Below, in pieces: positions 49,624-58,971 of a stretch of DNA of 64,000 bases. The stretch lies in contig BOLA01000001.1 in assembly GCA_016861265.1 (NCBI GenBank), positions 934,150 through 998,149 of the forward strand, read 5' to 3'. Each line of letters begins with the position of its first letter. Position 1 is the stretch's first letter. The stretch comes from Patescibacteria group bacterium. GTDB lineage: Bacteria; Patescibacteriota; Dojkabacteria; J137. Made by a program: the position numbers and the translations under genes. The notes beneath the pieces were generated by a model, which saw only the letters and a program-made list of their open reading frames with translations, did no database searches and was not told where the DNA came from.

Positions 49624-50490
49624 TTACTCTGATAAAAAGCGAATAACTTCTTCAACTATATTTTGTCCAAAGCCTGCAAAATCGTGTTCGGCATTTTTTA
49701 ATACAATTGTTTTTATTCTAGGTGAATTTTTAAGTTCCTTTTCTAACACCTGCATCGCCATGTATGGATCCATACATGGTACGATTCCATCGTCTTGTGT
49801 TCCGGTAAAAGCCAGTACTGGCAGGTTTATATTATTTACTGCTTCAAAACCTAATTCCGGCATTAAAAAGTTAAATATTGCATCCTTTGCATTTTCTCCA
49901 AAAAAGGAAATATAAGTTTTTGCGGAAAGAAGCGTTTCTCCCCATAGTTGATCACTGAGTAGCTGATCCGATTTTCCTAACTCTACTAGCTTTTGTGCTT
50001 CTGCTAATAATTTTTTGTGCCTTTCAATTTCTTCGGGATAATTTACTAATCCCACCATATCCGATGGGCTTAGGAAAATAAGACCATTTATGTCGGTACT
50101 ATTAGTTTGGCTAATATAGTAAGCAACCTTTGAAGGGCCTAAACTATGAGATTGTAACCAAATATTCTTAAAACCCATTGATTTTGCGGTATCTATCCAC
50201 CCCTGAATATCAAATACGCAGTCTTCAAAAGTCTCGTATGCATTTCCAAGGTTAACACTACTTCCATTCTTGTCGAATTGGGTAACACTATGAGTACCTC
50301 TATGTTCAACAGCTAGAAAGGACCATCCATTTTTAGGATAGTATTCATGCATAAAGGGATAAAATGAATTGAAATATATATCCCCACTCATGCCGTGAAT
50401 GTGTAGAATTAGGTTCTCCTTATTAGCAGCTCTACTTAATAAACCTGTATAAGTAATTCCATCGGTTGATTTACCTTTTATTATTTCCAT
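49624..50490 (-). CDS. Alpha/beta hydrolase (DUF1749-like)
   Basis: HIHGM, SHSLG nucleophile elbow, GTQD, AEHDF. Confidence 0.85.
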   Translation of the reverse strand: MEIIKGKSTDGITYTGLLSRAANKENLILHIHGMSGDIYFNSFYPFMHEYYPKNGWSFLAVEHRGTHSVTQFDKNGSSVNLGNAYETFEDCVFDIQGWIDTAKSMGFKNIWLQSHSLGPSKVAYYISQTNSTDINGLIFLSPSDMVGLVNYPEEIERHKKLLAEAQKLVELGKSDQLLSDQLWGETLLSAKTYISFFGENAKDAIFNFLMPELGFEAVNNINLPVLAFTGTQDDGIVPCMDPYMAMQVLEKELKNSPRIKTIVLKNAEHDFAGFGQNIVEEVIRFLSE

Positions 50491-50492
50491 AT

Positions 50493-51401
50493 TTAAAAAC
50501 TTAAATCTAAGTTATTTAAAGTAAAATCCAGACCTTTAATCGCTACAGATCTGGTAGCGATTTGCTGAGCATGTACTATGGACTTCTGTAGATCCTTAGT
50601 GTTTAGAATCTCGGAAATAAATACAGCCTTAAAAATATCTCCTGCACCCACCGAATCAACAGCTTGAACGGGAGTTGTTTGAAAGTATATGGGGTCTTTA
50701 GCACCTTTTTCTAATACTGCGCAGCCATCAATATCTAATGTAAGTATTATTGTCCCATTACAGAATTTCCTGAATAAGGTAAGTACCCTAAAGGCATCTT
50801 CAACACTCCTAATTTGTTCATTAAATAGAGCCTCGGCTTCTTCCCTGTTAGGCGAAATATATTCAACATCTTTTAGCTTACTCAATTCCACAGTCTTTTG
50901 GGGGTTAGGAAAGTCCAAGAACAATTGTACATTCTTTTTTCTACAGATTTCTACAAGTTTATATAAACAGTCAACAGGTAAGTGAGTTGCACCGTAAATC
51001 ATTTGATAGTTACTCAAACTACCTTCTAAGTCCTGTATATCTTGCGTTGTTACCTTGCTGTTGGCTCCAAAGAATATATTTACGGCACTTCTTTCTCTTT
51101 CATCTGTTATTACGGATATTTGACCGGTTTTAGTATCCTCACTTTGGGAAATTAGATCGATATTTATATTATATCTTTTTAAGTCAGATAAGATTTTTAG
51201 GTAAAGATCGTCGGTTCCTGCCTTTGCAAAAAAGTCTACACTATTGTTTAATCGACTCATTACCCTTGCCGAATTTATAGTTTTACTGCCTGTAAAGGTA
51301 TGTACTTCGCTTGCGACACTAAATTCGTTTTCTACGGGAATAGTTTGTACCAAAAAATCATTTTCAAGGTATATGTCTCCGACTACAAGTAATTTTGCCA
51401 T
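50493..51401 (-). CDS. PfkB/ribokinase family carbohydrate kinase
   Basis: PNREEA, AVDSVGAGDIF. Confidence 0.9.
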   Translation of the reverse strand: MAKLLVVGDIYLENDFLVQTIPVENEFSVASEVHTFTGSKTINSARVMSRLNNSVDFFAKAGTDDLYLKILSDLKRYNINIDLISQSEDTKTGQISVITDERERSAVNIFFGANSKVTTQDIQDLEGSLSNYQMIYGATHLPVDCLYKLVEICRKKNVQLFLDFPNPQKTVELSKLKDVEYISPNREEAEALFNEQIRSVEDAFRVLTLFRKFCNGTIILTLDIDGCAVLEKGAKDPIYFQTTPVQAVDSVGAGDIFKAVFISEILNTKDLQKSIVHAQQIATRSVAIKGLDFTLNNLDLSF

Positions 51402-51415
51402 AGGTTTTTATGTAA

Positions 51416-52159
51416 CTAATTGCCTAGATTATAACCAGCATCGATTAATATATTTTGGCCGGTAATATTAATATTTGTAGCAAGTAGTAAAGCGACATTG
51501 GCAATTTCTTGGGGTTCTATTAATTTTTTTGTAGGAATCTGTTCAAGTGCCTGGTCTAATTCATCTTTTGGAGCCTTTAGCCAATAGCCTGCATTTACTG
51601 CACCTGGTGAAATTGCGTTAGAGCTTCCGTAAGGACTTAGTAGTTTTGCTTGTCCCTGAGTAATATTTACTATTGCTGCTTTTGCTGCTGAGTAAGCAGG
51701 CGAGTCAAATTGTCCCGACACACTGTATCTGGTTGCAATATTAATAATGGTTCCTTTTTTGTTGCTGGTAAAATGTCTTAATGCGTATTTAGATACGCCT
51801 AATACATTCAAGGTATTTAGTTCAAATGTCTTTAACCAAGACTCATATTCCCCATTCCAGTCATCGCCATCTATATATCCTCCAGCGTTATTAACGAGAA
51901 TATCTAAATTCCCAAGTTCTTCTATTACTGTTGATATAACCCTATCGCAATCCTGTTCGTTTGTAAGATCACCTGATAATGTAATTGCTTTTACATTAAA
52001 TTTTAAAGTTTCTGATAAAACATTTTGGGCGCCTTGGTAATCAGAATGGTAATGGATTGCTACATTAGCTCCTTCGGAGGCTAGTTTAAGGGCAATTGCT
52101 TTACCAATTCCTTTTGAGGCTCCGGTTATTAGTGCAGTTTTTCCTTCTAATTTTTTCAT
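51416..52159 (-). CDS. SDR family oxidoreductase
   Basis: TGASKGIG, LVNNAG, YSAAK, NAISPG. Confidence 0.93.
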   Translation of the reverse strand: MKKLEGKTALITGASKGIGKAIALKLASEGANVAIHYHSDYQGAQNVLSETLKFNVKAITLSGDLTNEQDCDRVISTVIEELGNLDILVNNAGGYIDGDDWNGEYESWLKTFELNTLNVLGVSKYALRHFTSNKKGTIINIATRYSVSGQFDSPAYSAAKAAIVNITQGQAKLLSPYGSSNAISPGAVNAGYWLKAPKDELDQALEQIPTKKLIEPQEIANVALLLATNINITGQNILIDAGYNLGN

Positions 52160-52710
52160 TATATTAACCCTTGGAATTTTAGTAACACCGAAAGCAAGTC
52201 TACTTTAGCAGGTGTATTGTTCTGCAATTTTTCGATTAGTTCGGATTTATCCAGCCATTCACCGTTAGAGTAGTCATTATTATTGTATTTTATTTCGGTA
52301 TCAATATTAAGCTTATATACTTCCATAAAGGATTTTATCTGATCGATTATAGGATTTAACTTGCCTAAAAATACTAGATTTTCGACTTCTGTATTTATAT
52401 TTACTTCTTTTTTGAGACCGCCTAGTAAGGCCTGTTGATAGGTTTCTCCTGAATGTACATATCCGCCGCAGCTAAAATCCAGGCAATTAGGCCAAAATTT
52501 TTGATGTTCGGAACGAGTTGGAGTCCAGATTTTATTATTTTTGTTAATCAGAAAGCAGTTTACAGTTCTTACATACATGTTTTTCTGTCTTAACTCATCT
52601 TCGTTTAAGGTATTTCTATCTATTTGAATACCTGTGGCGTTATCGTTCCCGTCAACTATATCTAGGGTTGGTTTTAGTCGTTTATCACTAACTCTGTAAG
52701 ACAAGATCAT
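52159..52710 (-). CDS. Nudix hydrolase (IDI/YfcD-like)
   Basis: R...K..WP..LD.SCGG.V.SGE; degenerate Nudix box. Confidence 0.75.
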   Translation of the reverse strand: MILSYRVSDKRLKPTLDIVDGNDNATGIQIDRNTLNEDELRQKNMYVRTVNCFLINKNNKIWTPTRSEHQKFWPNCLDFSCGGYVHSGETYQQALLGGLKKEVNINTEVENLVFLGKLNPIIDQIKSFMEVYKLNIDTEIKYNNNDYSNGEWLDKSELIEKLQNNTPAKVDLLSVLLKFQGLI

Positions 52711-52838
52711 AGGTAACTGTAAATGTCACTATTATAGCAGTAAAAAAGAAAAAGAGAAGATTAATTGGTTATATACCCACTCTTCTCTTTTTCTTATGTG
52801 TGAATGTAATACTACAGACTATTACTAACAATCTATTG

Positions 52839-53459
52839 TTAGAAACCAAGGCTCTCTTTTACAATAATAACTGTTGTTCGGTCTGGCATGAATTCCTTTT
52901 CCATAATAAGCCATTTGTTAAGACTGCTGCCGGCTTGTTCCCCGTATTCAGACTTCATTCTTTTGTCTTCTAATGGAAAAACATACTCCTTAATTCTTTT
53001 AAAGGCAGCATCTAAATCTTTTACTATTTTAGTTGCACTTACAACAACAACAACTTTTTCTGCTGCAAATGGTAGTGTTCCTATTCTGCTACCAGTTGCA
53101 TCTACAGCAATTAATTGTCCGTTTTCAGTTACGGCGTTTACACTGCTTACAAAATATTCAACTGCAATCGACTTTCGTCTTAAGTCTGCTCTCTTTTGTG
53201 CATCGTCTTCCGCCACAATTTGTTTACCAACATAGTTATATTTAGAAGTATCACCTTTTAGCAAATCCATAAAACCAATTTGTTTTAGACTTGTAGATGA
53301 CCCAGTGTTTACATCTTTACCTTCAGGAATTAGTTCTAAAAGCTTTTCTAATGCCTGTTCTTTATTATCTACAATAAAAGTCTTCATGTTATGGGCATTA
53401 AGATTTTCTGCAGTCTTGTTTATTACTTCATCAGTAGGGATTGTTGTCCATTCGTTCAT
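52839..53459 (-). CDS. LUD-domain (lactate utilisation/YkgG-like) protein
   Basis: GSSTSL, SSVNAVTENG, DATGSR, KIVKDLDAAFKRI, LGF C-terminus. Confidence 0.85.
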   Translation of the reverse strand: MNEWTTIPTDEVINKTAENLNAHNMKTFIVDNKEQALEKLLELIPEGKDVNTGSSTSLKQIGFMDLLKGDTSKYNYVGKQIVAEDDAQKRADLRRKSIAVEYFVSSVNAVTENGQLIAVDATGSRIGTLPFAAEKVVVVVSATKIVKDLDAAFKRIKEYVFPLEDKRMKSEYGEQAGSSLNKWLIMEKEFMPDRTTVIIVKESLGF

Positions 53460-53593
53460 ATTAATTATTTAATAAGTATTATAAGCAATTAATTGCGCAT
53501 ATTATTTGCTTTTTTAATATTTGAATTCTATAATTCATTGTGTAAGTTTGTAAAGTACGCACTTTTTAATTATATAGTGTTAAAAAAGATACT

Positions 53594-53923
53594 ATGGCGA
53601 AGGAATGTGAGAGTAAAAATCCTGTGAATGTAACTCTTAAGGTTATTGGAGGTAAGTGGAAACCATTATTAATGTGGCTAATTGCTCAAGAAACAATGCG
53701 TTTTAATGAGCTTCAAAAATCTATGCCTGGAGTAACTCAAAAAATGCTTACTCAGCAGTTACGGGAACTAGAGTCAGATGGATTAGTTCAAAGAACTGTT
53801 TATCCGGTTGTACCACCTAAGGTTGAATATTCCTTAACAGAATACGGAAAAACACTTGAGCCCGTATTAAAAGCTATGGCAACGTGGGGTAATTCACACA
53901 AGTCTCGTTTAAACGCTGAATAA
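53594..53923 (+). CDS. HxlR-family winged-helix regulator
   Basis: IGGKWK, RFNEL, QKMLTQQLRELE.DGLV.R.VYP.VPPKVEYSLT. Confidence 0.95.
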   Translation: MAKECESKNPVNVTLKVIGGKWKPLLMWLIAQETMRFNELQKSMPGVTQKMLTQQLRELESDGLVQRTVYPVVPPKVEYSLTEYGKTLEPVLKAMATWGNSHKSRLNAE

Positions 53924-54156
53924 TTAACACTATATTGATTATATACATCGAATAATATACGTGTTATAATTTAAGGTTACTTTTCTTCTAGCCTATTTTA
54001 GGTTTTGTAGTGACTGATAAAAGAAGGAAGGTTAAAGTTTTGATTCTAATATCAGTGTAAACAAAATTTAATAGGGTTTTAATGGGATTTCCCCCTGCCT
54101 ATATTATATTTACAATAGTCTAGATTCAGACGTGTATAATTTTTTATTCTATTATT

Positions 54157-55656
54157 TTGAATAATAAGAGAAATTTTAAGAGATCCAGATTCGATAGAAC
54201 ATATAAGGACTCTTCTGCTCCTAGAAACTCGAGCAGTAACAAAAGAGATTCAACAAATTATTTAGGAGATGTAACTTACTCATCTTCACGAAGAGCTAAG
54301 CCTGCTTTTGATAAAAAGAGCCGAGGTTCTGATTCCAGGCCTTATAGAGGAGGAACTTCAAGTTATGCTGTAAACAGATCAGAAAATACTCAAAAGGAGA
54401 GTTTTAACTCTAATCCTTCGAGAATTGATAGATCTTTAAACAGAGATAGATACCCTAGATCTAACGGTAGATTCGGTGAATCGAGAGGAAGATTTGGAGG
54501 TAACAGACCTGTAAGACCATACGGAAGAGGTAGAATGGATAATAAGAACTTAGATGAGATTATTAGATTTATTAAGTCTTCAGTAAACAAGCCAAAAGCT
54601 ATAGAAGTTAAAGAGGAAGAAAAATTTGTAGGTGAAATTCAAGATGTAGTTACAGAGAAAGCTTTATTAAAGAACTTATTAAATAAGGGCTTTACAAAGA
54701 CTACACCTATTCAAGCAAAGGCTATTCCTGTAATTAGAGAAGGAAAAGATATTCTAGGTTTAGCAAATACTGGAACTGGTAAAACAGCAGCATACTTAAT
54801 TCCATTAATAGAAGAAACTCTTAAAAAGAGAACTAAGACTCTAATTTTGGTTCCAACAAGAGAATTAGCTATTCAGATTAAGAATGAAATTTATCTATTT
54901 ACAAAGGATATGCCAATAAGATCAGAGATTATTATTGGTGGAGCCGACATGTATAGGCAAATTCAAAATCTAAGAAGAAATCCTGACTTTGTTGTAGGTA
55001 CACCAGGTAGAATTAAGGACCAGAAGCAAAGAGGCAACATTGTAATAAGTAATTACGACAATATTGTTTTAGATGAAGCAGATAGAATGCTTGATATGGG
55101 TTTTATTACAGAAATTAAAGATTTACTAAAAGAAAGAAAGGCAGATGTTCAAAGTTTATTCTTTAGTGCAACTATGGATAAAAAGGTTGCTCTATTAATT
55201 AATGAATTCTGTAAAGCATATTCTACAATTGAAATTAGCCAACAGAAAGTTACTGATTTAATTGATCAGAAGATTGTTACTTTTAAAGATGACGAAGCAA
55301 AAATGGAGAAAGTTGAAGAACTTTTAGGTAATTTTGACAAGTCAATTATCTTTGTAAATACAAAACATAGAGCTGATAAGTTAATGAAACATTTAAACGA
55401 AAAAGGCTTTAGAACAGACGCTTTACACGGAGATAAAAGTCAGAATTTAAGACAGAGAATCATGAGAAATTATAAAGACAATAGATTTGACCACCTAATT
55501 GCAACAGATGTTGCAGCAAGAGGAATAGATGTAAAAGATGTTTCTCACGTTTTGAATTACGATGTCCCAGCTACTGTAGAAGATTATATTCACAGAGTAG
55601 GTAGAACCGGAAGAGCCGGAAAAGTCGGAATAGCAGTAACGCTAATTAGAGAATAA
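54157..55656 (+). CDS. DEAD-box RNA helicase with R/G/S-rich N-terminal extension
   Basis: TPIQ, TGTGKT, PTRELA, TPGR, DEAD, SAT, TDVAARGID, HRVGRTGR. Confidence 0.96.
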   Translation: MNNKRNFKRSRFDRTYKDSSAPRNSSSNKRDSTNYLGDVTYSSSRRAKPAFDKKSRGSDSRPYRGGTSSYAVNRSENTQKESFNSNPSRIDRSLNRDRYPRSNGRFGESRGRFGGNRPVRPYGRGRMDNKNLDEIIRFIKSSVNKPKAIEVKEEEKFVGEIQDVVTEKALLKNLLNKGFTKTTPIQAKAIPVIREGKDILGLANTGTGKTAAYLIPLIEETLKKRTKTLILVPTRELAIQIKNEIYLFTKDMPIRSEIIIGGADMYRQIQNLRRNPDFVVGTPGRIKDQKQRGNIVISNYDNIVLDEADRMLDMGFITEIKDLLKERKADVQSLFFSATMDKKVALLINEFCKAYSTIEISQQKVTDLIDQKIVTFKDDEAKMEKVEELLGNFDKSIIFVNTKHRADKLMKHLNEKGFRTDALHGDKSQNLRQRIMRNYKDNRFDHLIATDVAARGIDVKDVSHVLNYDVPATVEDYIHRVGRTGRAGKVGIAVTLIRE

Positions 55657-55659
55657 ATT

Positions 55660-55684
55660 AAAACCCGCGAAAGCGGGTTTTTTT
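55660..55684 (+). terminator. Rho-independent terminator
   Basis: AAAACCCGC-GAAA-GCGGGTTTTTTT. Confidence 0.85.
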
Positions 55685-55730
55685 GTGCCTGTTATAATTA
55701 GTTAAGCCAAGTTAAGGAGGAATAGAACAA

Positions 55731-56141
55731 ATGAGTCTGCTGACAGTTAATTACAGCGGTTCTGCTATGGCTCAAGCGCTTCCCAAGCCAGTGGGTCATG
55801 GCAATCCTCGGATAATGCTTTCCGAGTTTGGTAGTGAGGTGGAAACCGAGCTGATCAAGGCGCTGGGAAATCAGACCATTCTTCCTGTGGGCATTATAGG
55901 TACTAGTGGCGCACAGCCGTTTGGTGTAAATGCCCGCAATCGTGGAAGTGTTGAATTGCTTTTGGAACTGATTTCCCCTGTGGAGCTAGATTCCGAGGGT
56001 GTTCATGAACTTGCCGTTATCATGAGGCGTGCTGTATTGGACCTATTCAATACGCCACGTTATCAGGGCGGCAGTTATGAGCAGCTCGAGGTTCTGTCTA
56101 TGGTGGTTGTTCACAGGGGTGTATTAGTTTCTAAAGGCTGA
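55731..56141 (+). CDS. GC-richer orphan protein, probable paralog of 58496-58927
   Basis: TGnTATAAT at 55690-55698, AAGGAGG SD, palindrome TGCGGGAACTGC-AA-GCAGTTCCCGCA at 56158-56183. Confidence 0.75.
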   Translation: MSLLTVNYSGSAMAQALPKPVGHGNPRIMLSEFGSEVETELIKALGNQTILPVGIIGTSGAQPFGVNARNRGSVELLLELISPVELDSEGVHELAVIMRRAVLDLFNTPRYQGGSYEQLEVLSMVVVHRGVLVSKG

Positions 56142-56249
56142 CAACCAACGAGCTTGGTGCGGGAACTGCAAGCAGTTCCCGCATAAGTAACTACATATAG
56201 TTTTAATTGATTCCTGAAATTGTTTTTGTTGAAATTTGTATAGAAAGTT

Positions 56250-56705
56250 CGTGGAGTACTTTCTGTCAGGTGCATGGGTAATGCACTTTGAAATTCGGCT
56301 ACCGGCCTTATTCGACATAAGTACTCCATAGGTATAAAGCTGTATCTTCCCCTCTTCGGAGGAAAGGCAAATCAATTAAGGCATCAGGGGGCTTTCCCTT
56401 ACATCCAGATTCGCCGAGCGCAGACTCTTTTGCTTTATACATCAGCATAGTGACCGAAGTCATTCTATGCAAGGCAGCATCGGGCTTACACAAAGTATTC
56501 ACCCAGTAAGAGGCTTTGTCCTGCCTTCTTCCGGTAAGTTGTGTATGAGGTGTATTGTTAGCCACACATTTATCTCAAGCGCCGCACAATGCTCCGTTTT
56601 AAAGTTGCTCCCCAAACCTGTGGGGACCGTACTCTAGTCCTTATCTCCAGAATTTAATCATTGGAGCCCTTAAAGGGGTCTGCAACTTCGCGACTAAAGT
56701 AGACG
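56250..56705 (-). ncRNA. Large multi-domain structured RNA, family not recognised
   Basis: GC-richer intergenic block with more than 10 nested stems; G-U pairs favour the minus strand. Confidence 0.65.
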
Positions 56706-56902
56706 ATTAAGATATTAACATATACTTTTAATATTCCAAACATAAATTCTATAATATTTATAGACCATGAAAGTTTCTTAAAAATGCAAACTATGTATTA
56801 AAAAATATGAGCCGGTATGTAAGTTAATTGTAAATTCTAGGTCAAATATATAACCCTCGTCTCAATTAAATAGTAGAATAAATTATTATTACATTTTTTA
56901 AT

Positions 56903-57412
56903 ATGAATAAAATTAAAAACATATTACTTAGTGCGGGAATTATTGCATTTACCGGGCTATTCTTTACGTTAAATATTAGTGCCCAATCAAGTGCAAGTGA
57001 ACAAATTCAACAGGCTCGTTGTAGTCGAATTACTGCAAGAATTGATGCTCAAATAGAATCATATAATTTAACTAAAGATAAGTACATTAATATTTATACG
57101 AGTGTGGGTGATGCCGTAAGTATTAGATTAGACAATCTAGAAAACAAAGGAGTTGATGTTGCACTATTAAGAACAGATCTGCAGGCGTTAAGTAGTTTAA
57201 ACGCAGAACTGGGAAGTTCATACGATCAATTTATAGCGGAATTAACTAAAGCTAAAGAATTTGGTTGCGGTACAAGTGAGAGTGAATTTACCCAACAATT
57301 GCAATTAGCAAGGCAACAGCTTTTAGTTGTAAAGCAAAAGGCACTTGATGTTAAAGAATATATATTCAATACTCTAAGACCGGATCTTAAGAATTTAAAA
57401 ACTACTATTTAA
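56903..57412 (+). CDS. Secreted helical hypothetical protein
   Basis: Signal peptide, two Cys, helical-bundle pattern. Confidence 0.75.
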   Translation: MNKIKNILLSAGIIAFTGLFFTLNISAQSSASEQIQQARCSRITARIDAQIESYNLTKDKYINIYTSVGDAVSIRLDNLENKGVDVALLRTDLQALSSLNAELGSSYDQFIAELTKAKEFGCGTSESEFTQQLQLARQQLLVVKQKALDVKEYIFNTLRPDLKNLKTTI

Positions 57413-57421
57413 ATTAATAAT

Positions 57422-57727
57422 ATGAATAAAAATAATTTACTAATAATTGTTGTAGGTGTTTTATTAATAATAGTTGTGGCAGCAGGTGCAATTTTATTAA
57501 ATAGACAAAATACAGTTATCAATAACTCAACAGATAACAATAATACTGCTCAGTTACAGACAACTACTCCAGATCCAGATATTTCAAATGATCCTGAAAA
57601 AATAAGAGGTAAATTCGAAAGTGAGATTAATTTTGAAGTAGATTCTGCTGTATCAAATATTGATTACTTGCTTACACAGGTTAATCCTGATTCAGATTTC
57701 TCAGATTTAGAAAATATTGATTATTGA
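57422..57727 (+). CDS. Membrane-anchored hypothetical protein
   Basis: N-terminal TM, N/T-rich linker, acidic tail. Confidence 0.7.
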   Translation: MNKNNLLIIVVGVLLIIVVAAGAILLNRQNTVINNSTDNNNTAQLQTTTPDPDISNDPEKIRGKFESEINFEVDSAVSNIDYLLTQVNPDSDFSDLENIDY

Positions 57728-58386
57728 TAGTGAGATAAATATTCTATTACATCATCAAAGCTATTAGCAATAAAATCAGCTTTATCGCATACACTTTTTC
57801 GACATACGTTTTCGGTAAATGCTACAAATCTATGTGCAGCCCCTTGTTCTTTTATTTGGTAATCGGTAAATCCATCTCCCACAATTATTATTTCTCCGAA
57901 TAAGTTTAGGTTATTAACAACTTTAACCTTTCCCAGCTCCTGGGCAAGCAGGTTTTCTTCTACAATTCCTGCACATGTTCTATTTTGGTCAAACACGAAT
58001 TCATTTGCGTAAATATTGTGAGAGTTTAGTTTAAATTGCTCTAATGCCGGAATAATAAAATCCTTAAATCCCCCACTAATAATTATCACTTGATTAGATA
58101 TCTCTTCAAAATACTTTATGTTTTTGATAAAGGATTCTGTAAAATTCTGCTTTAAGACTTCTACAAGTTGCATTAATTCGTCTCTATTGAATTTTAGAAG
58201 TTCCATTCTCATTTTTAATGATTCGGGAAATGTTATTTGTCCCTGCATCCCTAGCTCGGTAATTGCCTTAATTTTTTGAGAAGTTTCGGAAGAGTTATTT
58301 CGAACGTCTACAATCCTAGCCAGTTCATCTAAGGCTTCCAATTTATTAATTGTAGAATCAAAATCTATAATTATGTAAGGAGTCAT
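57721..58386 (-). CDS. HAD-IB phosphatase (phosphoserine phosphatase-like)
   Basis: DFDST, ISGGF, K, VGDGFTD. Confidence 0.88.
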   Translation of the reverse strand: MTPYIIIDFDSTINKLEALDELARIVDVRNNSSETSQKIKAITELGMQGQITFPESLKMRMELLKFNRDELMQLVEVLKQNFTESFIKNIKYFEEISNQVIIISGGFKDFIIPALEQFKLNSHNIYANEFVFDQNRTCAGIVEENLLAQELGKVKVVNNLNLFGEIIIVGDGFTDYQIKEQGAAHRFVAFTENVCRKSVCDKADFIANSFDDVIEYLSHYQ

Positions 58387-58495
58387 TAGTATTGATAAAA
58401 ACAACTCTTTCAGAATACCATATACTTTTAGAGTTATACAATAGATATATATTGTTGTGATATAATCATTCCATCGCACATTAAGGAGGTTCTAA

Positions 58496-58927
58496 ATGCC
58501 AGTAGTAAGTGGTTTGTGGGATCAAGGACGAGTGTTCGCAGCACTCACTTGTAATCCCGAAGAGCAGCATACACAAGCCGAGGCACTAATGCTTGAGTTG
58601 TTTGAGGCAGCGCAAGCTGTTCTAGTCAAGCAACTTGAGGTTGTGCCGACGGGTATTGTGTTCTTCTGCGAGAAGCAGCCGATGCTCACCATAAATTCGT
58701 TCCCGCTGGAATTCGCCATTCGCAGCACTAAAAGCAAGGAATGGGGAAACAGGGATGATCAGCAAGAGATTATCCGAAAAGTCCTCAAGCGAATGCGGAA
58801 GGTGCTTAGGGCGTGGACTGAAGCCAAAAGGGCTAACTTTAGCGGTTGGCAGATTGGCATGGAGCTCAGCTTTATCGAGCTGTTCGCTACCAGCGAGGCG
58901 GTGGAAGAAGAAGCTGCTACGGAATAA
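58496..58927 (+). CDS. GC-richer orphan protein, possible tautomerase/MIF fold (Pro-1)
   Basis: TGnTATAAT at 58458-58466, AAGGAGGT SD, hairpin at 58938-58966; begins M-P-V-V. Confidence 0.75.
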   Translation: MPVVSGLWDQGRVFAALTCNPEEQHTQAEALMLELFEAAQAVLVKQLEVVPTGIVFFCEKQPMLTINSFPLEFAIRSTKSKEWGNRDDQQEIIRKVLKRMRKVLRAWTEAKRANFSGWQIGMELSFIELFATSEAVEEEAATE

Positions 58928-58971
58928 CCGTGCGACCGAGGGGAGCGGAAAGCAAACGTTCCTCTCCAAAT

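Noticed and set aside
53960-54156. Long 5' UTR and TTG start of the DEAD-box helicase as a novel element
   Set aside because: Long leaders are usual for DEAD-box and cold-shock genes, and I see no convincing structure.
787-54590. Numerous 60-150 aa antisense ORFs in the track (e.g. 787-1086, 2873-3217, 20929-21369, 38829-39290, 52888-53235)
   Set aside because: Shadows of well-supported genes on the opposite strand, with no independent signals.
56250-56705. tmRNA, RNase P RNA or group I/II intron identity; also short ORFs 56111-56565
   Set aside because: No tRNA-like ends or tag peptide; GAGGAAAG is not followed by TCC and there is no matching P4 partner; no group I P7 pairing in the right order and no group II domain V. 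The ORFs lack SD and motifs and overlap dense stems.
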